Source: Paragordius varius (taxonomy: Eukaryota > Animalia > Nematomorpha). Taken from it: a stretch of DNA of 64,000 nt. The notes beneath the pieces were generated by a model. The model saw nothing but the letters and a program-made list of their open reading frames with translations, had not been told where the DNA came from and ran no database searches. Location: positions 5,580,001 to 5,644,000 of the forward strand of contig OZ176052.1 in assembly GCA_964247055.1 (NCBI GenBank), in the 5' to 3' direction. Of the stretch, positions 26,519 to 37,639 are shown one piece after another (position 1 is the first letter of the stretch; each line of letters begins with the position of its first letter). The position numbers and the translations under genes were made by a program.

Positions 26519-27519
26519 CACTTATAAAATAAATCTCATTTTTTTATGTAACAAATATTGTAATGATAAAATCCTGATATATTACGATAAATTTTAACCT
26601 ATAAATTTATATACTGTGCGTTATATTGATAAACAGTAGACGCGACCCCTACTCGCGCAAGGTTAATCCATTACTCTTAGACTTAAAAGGCAAACGTGAC
26701 GTCATAAAATATCATAAAACATCTTAAATAATTTTTAATTACTACAACAAGTTATTAAAATTCACAATTTAATTATATTTATTATATATTTTGGTTTTTT
26801 ACTTAGGAACATCTAATATCACTAAATGGATATATTTTGTAAATTGGACCTTATTGGCGATTTTTACGCTAACGTCTTTTTTAGTTAAACTATTCTCCTG
26901 GGTCATCTACTTACTGAAAAAATAGCGGCTTCAGCAATGAGTTAGCTCCATCCTAGTTATATTTGTACATTAAATAACTAGCTAATTTGTTGGGTTTTCG
27001 AGTAAGGTGCACTTCAATTTATTATGGTCCAAAATTCCTGATTTAGTTTGGTTTATTTAAACGACATCATATATGTTTAGACAAATATGCGTTTAACATT
27101 TTAATTGTTTATTAATGATTGATAAGGCATCATAGCCATAATAAGTTTTGGATAATCTTCCCTAGTACTTTAGTGCCATGATATAATATGAAATGGATTG
27201 CAAACATTTTGACCAAAACTATTAGCATAGCAATCGGTAAAATAAAGCATAAAGAACTTATTTAAACAACATTTAAATGATACTTTTGAATTGCGGGTGT
27301 TAATCGTTTTATAGTACATATAAATAGTCGCAACACAATGAATTTTTTGTCAATCGACCAGATCATTAGCCATTTCCAAACAGCATCGAGGGTAAAAATA
27401 CATTAATTATTTAATTAAATATAAAATTTTGTGTGACAAAAACGATTTTGGTAAATATTACAACGATACGGGTTTTGTAGATTTTGTTTGAAAGATATTA
27501 AGTCGCTCTATATGCACAA

Positions 27520-27558
<39 letters not shown>

Positions 27559-27739
27559 GACCAGATTTTTTAAAGGAAAAAGCGGGGCAAATCTGAGAGG
27601 GGGGGGGTCATTGGGGGGTACAACCAAAAATTTTTATACAAAAAATTTATTGTAATATTTATTTATTTTTTAACACAAATACATTATAAATATAAAAAAA
27701 TTTGTACCTTACAGTTTGTTTGTACCTTATTCAATAAAT

Positions 27740-28560
27740 TTACATGTGCACGAACAAAGGGTGAAGTGATTGTAATATTCTAGAAAAAAAATAATAAAGA
27801 TGAAATCATCACAAAGTGCGCTGGGTGATGCAAGAAGCGGCACAAAAAATATTTTTAACAATTTAGCGAATAATCTTAATCAAAACATTATTGGCAGATA
27901 CACAACGCTATTTAATGATTTGTTACCCCTGGATGTGGAAAATATAGATGTTAAAATGCCTGGATATTGTAGAGTTGGTTAGCTCTTTTGCCAGCGATTG
28001 AAATATTTATAAAAATGTGATCTCCTAAAATCCTATTTTTTATCACAGGACAAAGGTCAAAATTCCAAGTCAAAAAAGGTTAGAAAATAATTTTATACCA
28101 TACCTAATCGCAATATTATAAAGCATCAAGAAAAACAAGGCTCAGTGAATAGCCAGAATATAGAAATGTTTTATACAAACAGAAACGATTATTTGGAAGA
28201 CAAGACGGTGCACAATGACACTTTTTTATGAAGTCTCATTATTAAATAAATATATTGAATGAAAACTTATATTATGGACAACAGAAAAAAATACGTAGGA
28301 TAGAAATGGTTAAAATAATCATTTTTAAACAAATTATGTTCCATACAAAAATATTTTAATTGTAGAATTTGCATTATCTTTACCTGAACTGCTGTTGAAC
28401 GCGTTTTTCCATAGTAAATTAAGTAAGGACACGGAATCAAATTTAAATGTTGAATAAAAGCCACTTTATGTGTTCACATATTATTTGACAAAATATGAAG
28501 ACTTATACAATATTTTAAGTAATTTTGTTAATTTTTTAACATAAAAACTTTATAAATAAA
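27740..28560 (+). pseudogene. Decayed, internally deleted second copy of the hAT transposase in the opposite orientation, inside the same TIRs
   Basis: ACATGTGCACGAACAAAGGGTGAAG (TCARTKGE) at about 27745; KNIFNNLANNLNQNIIG…LPLDVEN (ORF 27800-27982); GAAAAACAAGGC…ATGTTTTATACAAAC at about 28130-28180; FALSLP…VERVF-like sequence at about 28365-28410. Each matches the reverse complement of the minus-strand transposase. Confidence 0.8.
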
Positions 28561-28570
28561 GGAAAATATT

Positions 28571-31498
28571 TTATTCTTTGGTATATTTTTTGTTTGAGTG
28601 AATGCGTTTTAGCAGATTGTCATCATTTTAAAAAATATTATAGAAGTCTTCACAAGAATGTGTCAAATAATATTTGACAGATAAAATTCCCTTTAAAATT
28701 TCAACAAAATAAATTTGATTTTTCCGATGTCCACACCTGATTTACTGTGGAAAATACGCGCTCAGTAGCAGCGTTGGTTCCAGGTAAAGATAGTGCGAAT
28801 ACAATTTTTAAAATATTATTGTATGTAATTGTTATCTTTTAAGATAAGAGATAATAAAAGAAATGTGAAATGAACTGAATTATTTATTTGGTTTTTTTAG
28901 GGTTTATATGGTAATTTTAGTTGTACATAATTTGCATTATATCAATAAAATTTCAAGTAACAAACGTTATAATATTTACATATTACACAAAAAATATTAA
29001 AAATAATACAATTCAAATAACGGTGAAAGTAATGATATACAACCGTATGTATTTCACATTTGCATATAACACAGAATATTATGATATAAAAATAAAGTAT
29101 CTTTCAGATTTGCATAACATCACTTCCCCCTTAAGAGAACCGGACGGCTTCCGGCGAATTCTCTCGGGGTAACGACGCTCGTGCGGTTTTACATTGATAT
29201 TGTCATTATTGCTTTAATGTTATCATTACTACTTTTTTGAGTGACCGGTGTCGTTAAGTAGGCGGTGTGTCGACGAATCTTGGTTTGAAAGATAACATCC
29301 TATGTTATGTGTGTCGACGTGTTTCATTTGATCTCTGCCTCATGCCACCCTAGACCATTTTTTTTAAACTGGTCCAGGCGCACTGAAATACTATCGGCGC
29401 TGTAAGAAATCTGAACAGTGTCCTTTTGTAACTGACACATCCTCTTATTGTTGAAATCTTCGAGGGTGTTGCTTTAGCTCGGCCTGGGGAGGTAGGCGTC
29501 TTACCGATCAATCTTATTACAAGCTTGTCCGCGCCAATCTTATTTACCCATTCATCAAATGTTGAATGATGTGGGAGTCCTCCCCAGCCATTTGTTGATA
29601 ATGATTCCAAAATCGCTATAGATTCTTAGCCCGTTCGCTTTCAGTGCACTGGCGGTTGAACATATTTTTGGCAGTGTTTTTTTTCTACATTAGCGAAGTG
29701 GTTGGGTTTTCCGCATTTGCATTATATCAATAAAATTTCAAGTAACAAAGGTTATATATTTACATATAACACAAAAAATATTAAAAATAATACAATTCAA
29801 ATAACGGTGAAAGTAATGATATACAACCGTATGTATTTCACATTTGCATATAACACAGAATATTATGATATAAAAATAAAGTATCTTTCAGATTTGCATA
29901 ACAGTAATATAGTTGGCTTCAAAATGATGAAATATTTCCAACCATTTCTTTTCCACTGGATATTTTTCTTTTGTCCATAATTTAAGTTTTTAATTATTAA
30001 TATATCTTTTAACTAATGATACTTCAGAAAAAAGATCATTTTCTGAAAGATTACCTTTTGAGAGTTTTAGGGATATATCAAATGATTTTTGAACATCGCA
30101 CCAATTAAATTCTGATTTTACTGTTATCCAATGAAAATGATCAATTTCATTGAATTGAGTCGTCCAGTCTTGCAAATAATCTTTACAGTTTGTATAAAAC
30201 ATTTTTATATGGTACAGGATATCTTGGCGATTTATTAAGCCTTGTTTTTCTAAATTATTTATTATATTGCGGATGGTTAATGGTATAAAATTATTTTCCA
30301 GCCGTTCTTGACATTGGAATTTTAGGTTATTAACTTCATTGGCTGCTTCGATTGCCAAAATTTTGTCACCTTCTATAAACTTAATAACATTTTGAAAGAG
30401 AGAAGCTTGATTATGTAAGAATTCTAACCATATTGAAAAATCACTTTCAAAAAACTTTTTTAAAGTTGTAGGACATTTGACCTATGATAAAAAAAGATTT
30501 TAAAGGATCATACATTTTTAAAATTCTTTCAATAGCTGGCATAAAAGCTAGCCAACGAGTTTTACAATTTCCAAGCATTTTTTGATACTGAACTTCTGCA
30601 TTTTCACAGAATTCTTTAAGCGTTTCAACACGTACCGTGTATATATAAAAATAGGAATATATTTTAACAACTACATTTTTCACATCTAGGGGCAAATCAG
30701 CAGCTGTTTGAATAGCGTTGTGTATTATATGCGCTGCACACCCAACGCCAATAATGTTTTGATTAAGATTATCTGTTAATTTATGAAAAATATTTTTTCC
30801 TCTCCTTGTTTTTCCACCAAACGTATTGGTGTTGTCAGCGCAATATACAATAATTTTGTCTTTTAAATTATTTTTTTCTAGAATATGCATTATTGAAGTA
30901 AATATTATTTCGGAATTTTTACCGGGTAGAGAAATTAAATCTAAAATTTTAATTACTCCGGTTTCTGAATCAAAATATCTTATTAAAGTGGGAAATAATT
31001 TTGTTTCATGGTGATTTGATGCATTAGAGTATAGGGATAAGAAATTAATTTTCAGCAAATCTTTTTGTATTTCAGAAAATGCATGTGGCGAAAGGACATT
31101 GCACACAATGGCTTCAGCCTTTGTACGGGCACATGTAAATTTTTTATGGAATAACGTGCGAATAACCTGTGAGGTAGTGTCCATAGATCTAAAGGAATGA
31201 TTGTGATTAACGGCGTGAAAAGATAACACGCCCTCAGCTAGTGCCAAATTCTTTTCTTCCTCTTCAAAAGCGGTTTTTCGAAAAAAATCGCTCATTTTGT
31301 AAGATGATGCCGCCATATTTAAACATTTTTTATGTTTCTGTGTTTCCATATGCTTTGTAATATCATGCTTTTCCGTCATGTGCTAGGGTGAATTCCCCCT
31401 CGGCCAAAAAACATTTAACAAATGATTTATTCTTCGTTTTTTGATAAAAGGAATTTCATTAATTCATCGTTGAATTTACAACCTCTTTTTGTGCTCAT
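28571..31498 (-). pseudogene. Disrupted hAT transposase (BED-type Zn finger remnant, catalytic core, C-terminal dimerisation domain)
   Basis: ATG at 31498 (MSTKRGCKFND…), frameshifted into ORF 30447-31379 (…TCARTKAEAIV…YCADNTN…GCAAHIIHNA…KTRWLAF…) and ORF 29990-30358. The C-terminal part …ITYNNILKIVFALSLPGTNAATERVFS…* lies at 28571-28829. It is interrupted by frameshifts, a stop and an LTR-element insertion. Confidence 0.9.
28830..29903 (-). mobile_element. Internally deleted LTR retrotransposon (probably Gypsy-like) nested in the hAT transposase
   Basis: 5-bp TSD GTAAT at 28825-28829 and 29904-29908. Full LTR 28830-29119 with TGTTAT…ATAACA ends; partial LTR 29715-29903 nearly identical to 28930-29119. 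A polypurine tract AAGGGGGAAG (minus strand) abuts the 3' LTR, preceded by an integrase-tail-like …ERRYPERIRRKP. Confidence 0.82.
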
Positions 31499-31873
31499 AT
31501 TTATAACCTACTATTAGTATAATAAATATTATTACCTTAATTTTCTGAAATAAACGTGTAAGCTACCGATTTGTGGTATTAATTTGTCTTTTAATCTAGA
31601 GATTTGTGGTATTAACTTGGCTTTTTGATAATGATGACAGTAGTAGTAGGAAGCAAAGTGTTTAATCATATGATATAAATTTGAAAAAAATAAATATTTT
31701 TAATTTAAAAATAAAAAATTTTAATTTAAAATTGAATAGATTTTAAAGATATTTAATGATAATGTAAACGGATAAAAAAAAATTATTTGTGTTAAAAAAA
31801 ATTTTTTTATATAATCGTGAAAAAGCGGGACTGTCCCGCCAAAAGCGGGAAGTCTGGTCACCTTATATATATA

Positions 31874-32087
31874 CCATAAACAATACAAATTTACCCTTAA
31901 ACAAATTATGAGTTTTTTAGGAATAAATTAATATTTTTATATATTCTTAACAAGTCAATTTTTGTTTATTATCAAAATAATACTGGAAAATAATAAACTA
32001 TGCCACAAAAATATATTTTATATTAATAATGAGTTATATTATGAAAATCACATAATTGTTTTTTAGGGTAAATTTGACCTGTAAATG

Positions 32088-32088
<1 letters not shown>
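31874..32088. mobile_element. ~215-bp MITE with ~40-bp imperfect TIRs, flanked by (TA)n
   Basis: CCATAAACAATACAAATTTACCCTTAAACAAATTATG at the left is mirrored by CATAATTGTTTTTTAGGGTAAATTTGACCTGTAAATGG at the right; TA runs lie on both sides. Confidence 0.6.

Positions 32089-32091
<3 letters not shown>

Positions 32092-32133
<42 letters not shown>
32092..32133. repeat. (TA)n microsatellite (others at about 27522-27552 and 37608-37637)
   Basis: Directly visible dinucleotide runs. Confidence 0.9.
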
Positions 32134-32136
<3 letters not shown>

Positions 32137-34722
32137 AAATGGATAAAATATCTGTTATTATATATCGAAAATATTTTTAGTCACAAAATTAACTATAAAT
32201 AAGTATGTATTAAAACAAAATTTGTTTCCAATTTAAATATTATATTAAAACTAAAGGGACACCCTTATTTATAATAATTAATCGAGATCGTACTGTGGAA
32301 AAGGATATTTTTACGTTATTTTGAATATGTTTGTACGATTAAGTTTTGTTAATGAATTTTATCTTGGGTCATTAAAAATTATATTTAAAAAATATTTCAA
32401 GGGCGATTTCGCTATTTAGCCATTCCACCACCTTTTAGCGGCGGTAAAAATAGAACTGATTTAAAAACGCTTTGCTGTGTAATCAAATGAATATAAACTA
32501 TCACAATTAAATCAGTCGCTAACAGGTTTTCAGGAAAAGCCGTTAATTTTCGAAAAAGATAAATTCAAGAATCAGAATATTTGGCTTGATTGATATTTAA
32601 TTTGTTGACATTAAACTTTCATACATTGGCGATATCTGAATTGTTTTTTGAAATTAATTTCACTTTTACTAAAAATGGGGCTAAATATTATGAAAGAATA
32701 CACTTATAAATAAAAGTTAAACATTAATAGCACAAGTTTTTTCAAAAATATACCATATCGTCAAAAAACATTTTCTTACTTAATAAAAACGTTTTTTTAG
32801 TCTATGAATCCCAATCACGAAACATTTTCCAGCCAATCGAAACGTTTCCAAACAATTAAAGGATTATTCAATCTAAACATAGAAGATAAATTTAAGATAT
32901 AAAAATAATTATAATTTAAGCATACTATGGATATTATTTTTTTTCAGAGCTTAATTATTTATGCATTTTTTATTATTTTTAACTATAATATTGCGCAATC
33001 ATAATGACTTAGTCTTAATTTGCCCATCTACAACTCAAATTCAGCCTCAACATTTCATATCCAAATTAAACATTTATTATCCCCTTTAAATTCAAATTCA
33101 CTCTAAAATAAGTCGGTATTCTTATTTAGATTCATATTTTTTTAGCATAGTTTTTCCCTTTTCTGTTTCGTTGTCATAGTTAAAACACTTTCACAAACTA
33201 TCATAAAAATCAAATTTTTTAAATCGCTGTTTGATAAATAAAAATTTAAACAAGTAATTAAAAAATATAAACTATCCTTGCGTAGGAGAACACTAAAAAC
33301 AAATAATAATTAATTTTGGGATAAGTTCAGAAACACCCAAATTATTTTAAGAGTAAAATTTTAATATTTAAAAAGAGAATATGCAAGTTTATGATTGAAT
33401 ATAAAATGTTGAGGAAATCGTTTCGATGACTGAAAATATTTTGTTGAATTTAATATTTCGATTGGGGTAAATCGCTTTCATTTTTAACAAGATTTTTTTT
33501 AGACTGGGACATTATATTTTTTCTTTTTATCTGGTTAACTGGCTCTGCAAAGATAAAAAGAAAATAAATGGCCATATGTGAGTTGATTGGTTCAACCTAT
33601 TTTTAAGGAAATTATAATCACAATTTACCTCAAATTATATAGATAAGTGCTACTATCAGTCGTTAGTTTGATTTTTTAGTTTTGAAACAAAAAAGTTTTT
33701 TCGGTAGTCTCACAATTGTCCTAAAAATTTAATAATTTTCTTCTAATAAATAGATTTATTATTTACTCTTATGAAAAGAGAGACCCGTGCATCCTTTAAA
33801 ACATTCACCTATATGACAAAAAACCTGCAACTTTACTCTCATACTAATGCTAAACCATTTGGTTAAAGGACTAAAAATCTTAAAACTATTTTTTTTAACT
33901 TTGATTATAGTTTGTTTTGCGGTAAAGACTACGCTTATATTTAAGCGCTTACCTTATTTTTCGCCAATTACGTCATATGTTTTATATAATATAAATAATT
34001 TACGACAGAAAAAATATTATTATTAAATGCATTTCATTTTTACAGTATTATTGTGAAGAGTTAATGTTGGCAAAATTCAACGTATTTGTTAAAATTAATC
34101 CCACAATTAGCAAACAAGGTAGAAATGGACAAAAATTCAAAATTTATAATCGATAAATCGATTATTATTGTTATCATGTAGATTTATAATTTGGATGTAT
34201 AAACACACATGCATTAATATTCTTCGTTGGTCCCTTTTTTATATACATAATAGGAGTATATCGAAACGAATATTATTGGTTTTAGGTTTCTAAAATGACC
34301 AGTCAAATACATTTAATTGTATCTGGAATGATATTTTTTAAAAGTTCCCTTTTTTCTTGATAACAATATAAACATTTTTAAACGGATATATATACATAAG
34401 ATATCCATATGATTAACATCTCAATTTATCTTTTGTAAAAAAATATACGCATATATTGGCACCAATTTAGTCATATATATAATTGGTTAATGTTCATTCA
34501 TGTTTATTGTACATTCGCAAAATCCATAAACTTAATAAGATTAATCTCGAAACGGAAACATTGTACAAACTGGAAATAACAATGTCCAATTCTCTATAAT
34601 TAATCAAAAGACATTTTGTAAAATCATCGATTGTGTAAGAAATAATCTTGACAAAATTGATCGTTTTATCACTTTTGTTATGATTTAAAATAAACTTTTT
34701 CCCTACAAAATAATCATTATAG

Positions 34723-37608
34723 AATAATGAAGAAAATGTCTCGCAATATTTTAATTAAAGAAGATGCATTAAAGTCCATACAATTACCTAACGAACTTTG
34801 GGTGGAAATGGTGGAAAATTCGAAAGATATTCATTTTTATCTACGATCAGGAAGTCTGTTTTCCATGCTACAAATTATAATACAAATTATTCCAATCAAT
34901 GGTTTAAATTTTTATTTATTATATTGTCGGATGACTAAAAATTAATATTTTTCGGTTACGTCATGCAAATATCCCAAACTTAGATTTACCAAAATATAAT
35001 ATTAAATTAGAATAAAATAAAAAATGGTAATTTACAAATTTTTCTCGTGGCATGGTCAAAAGAATTAAAATATCGCTAAAAATTCAATACCCTGCAGATG
35101 CATTTGGCAAAAATTTTGGATATCCATAAATTAGCTCTATTTTTATGCGTTATTTTACCGCGATTTTCGCATCATTAAACATTGCAAAACCCTAGCTACC
35201 AAATCAATCATGCACTATAAATTTATAATTAATAATGAATTTAAGAAACGATAACTGAAATAATATGGAAAAATTATCAAAGGAAAATTATAAAAATTAA
35301 TTGGAAACATAGGGAGATGATAGCGGGTTGTTTTCAGTTATCGTAAAATTGGATATGTAAAAGTTTGTTTTTGATATATTTAGCACCACATAAAACAGAA
35401 ATATTATTATGGATAGTGCATTAAAGTTGGGACTTTATTTAAAAAAATATATAAAGAGATGTTAACTACAGACGTATACAGTCAAGAAATAATATTTTTA
35501 CCGTAATTCATATATAATGTTGTTTTAAAATTTCATTCATTACGCCTATTTTTTCATTCTAAGTTGATATCCATAGATAGGAACCGATCATCTCATGCGT
35601 ACAAAAAATATGGTTTCATATGAATGCAAGAGTAATCTTGTAGTTTTGCGACTGTGTTTGCTGAGAGTGATCAATATTATAATCTAAAGGGAGTCCAAAC
35701 AAATGGCTTTACGGGCCGCATTCAAAACGTATAGGAGCATTGTTAAGTTTATTACACTGTGTGCAAAAAAATTTTTAACGGATACATTTTTTTTTCAAGA
35801 GATAGCTTATGACCAGCGTATTCATTTGCCGCAAAAATTTTTATTTGTTGACAACCTAGTTTTTGAGATATTGAGAGAAAACCGAAATCGGGCAAAAAGT
35901 GAAAATTAAGGATAATTAAGGATAATTCAAAACATAAATATAAAATCTGAAATATTATCGTTTATTATCATTTTAGGAGATATTTTCAATATATAACTAG
36001 CCTAAAATCATATAGTTAGGGTTTCTATAAAATACCAAAAGATGGCGTTTTTCTTTTATCACACTTAAAAGACAAAAAAATTTAATGAAACTATATTAAA
36101 ATAATTTTTATTAATTTACTACCTAAACTCAACATTCATATTTTATTCAGGAAAATAAACTTATATCAAAATAAAACCAAAAATATTGTTTTTTATTTTT
36201 GCATTTTTTTGTCATCTGGTTTATGAGTGTATAAAAAAATTATACTGTTTTATTTTGGATTCTTATATGATTAGGAATTATTAAGTATATAATTTATGCA
36301 AAATAGGATTGAAAATTAGTGGAATATCAACCAACCCGTACAAATCCCAATACAAATATTAATTTGTCATAAAACAGACTTGTTACAGAAAATTGTAAGG
36401 ATTGTTGGTTGATATTCCACTACTTTTAAATCCTATTTTGCATAAATTATATACTTAATAATTCTTAATCATGTAAGAAGCCAAAATAAAACAGTATAAA
36501 TTTTTTATACCCATAAACTAGATGACAACAAAAATAAAAAACAATATTTTTGGTTTTATTTGATATAGAAGTTTATTTTACTGAATAAAATATGATTGTT
36601 AAGATTTTAATAGTGAGTTTAGATATTAAATAATTATTAAAAATTATTTTAATATAGTTTCATTAAATTTTTTATGTCTTTTAAGCGTGATAAATAAAAC
36701 GCCATCTTTTGACCTGAAATTTTATAGAAACCCTAACTATATGATTTTAGCCTATGTATATATATTGAAAATATCTCCTAAAATAATTTTAAACGATAAT
36801 ATTTCAGATTTTATCATTATTTTTTGAATTATCCTTAATTATCCTTAATTTTCACTTTTTGCCCGATTTCGGTTTTCTCTCAATATTTCAAAAAATAGGT
36901 TGTCAACAAATAAAATTTTTTGCAGCAAATGAATACGCTGGTCATAAGCTATCTCATGAAAAAAAATTTTTCGTTAAATCAAAATGACCTTTTTTGCACA
37001 AAGTGTTATATTTCAAACATAAAAATGCAAACATAATATAGCATTTTTTTCCAGTTCTTGCCAAATCGATAGATTTATTTAGAAAAATTGTTTAGGAAAT
37101 ATATATTTTATTTTTTTGGGAGAATTTTTTTCTCATTTATGGATTTCCAAATTTTTCGCGGACCGCGTGTTGGCCACCCCTTACTAAATATTTTATTATA
37201 ACTCAAAGCTCTTTTGTAAAAATGGTAATATATTGGTTTTAACAATTTGCGGATTGTGACTGATAGATAAACATTATATTTGTTAGAGGGGTCCAATACA
37301 AATACTTCAAGGGCCGCACACAAAAAAACATGATTAGACAATAATCGAACATCTGATATCTTTAATACGAAAATATTTTTTATAATATCCATATAATGTG
37401 TATATTACAAAATGCTAATCAGAAGAAAAATGGATGCATGGGCTAAAAATCTATCTTTTTATTAGTTGGAGCACCCGATTATACATATAAGTGCATATTT
37501 AAATTATTTTTATTCGACCATTTAAAATTTTTCCAACATTATCATTTGTATTTTGTATCATATAACTTAACATTACTAAGTCACGCTTTTTGGTAGACTT
37601 TTGTTAGT

Positions 37609-37639
<31 letters not shown>

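Larger units (their letters stand above)
27553..31865 (-). mobile_element. hAT DNA transposon (Blackjack-like TIRs), 4313 bp, inserted in a (TA)n microsatellite
   Basis: TIRs TAAGGTGACCAGA at 27553 and TCTGGTCACCTTA ending at 31865, with subterminal AAAAGCGGG(A/G)C motifs; flanked by TATATATA on both sides (compatible with an 8-bp TSD). The minus strand carries an internal transposase. Confidence 0.9.

Noticed and set aside
26807-27391. Possible exons (hydrophobic + frame at about 26807-26925; MNFLSIDQ… at 27338-27391; minus-strand frames with a 27-nt GT-AG candidate)
   Set aside because: No recognisable homology, and no phase-consistent chain to RasGRP or any other gene could be built.
34046-34118. 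Candidate upstream RasGRP exon
   Set aside because: It has good splice sites, but its open frame ends in phase 1 while the 34723 exon needs phase 2; cannot be placed without cDNA.
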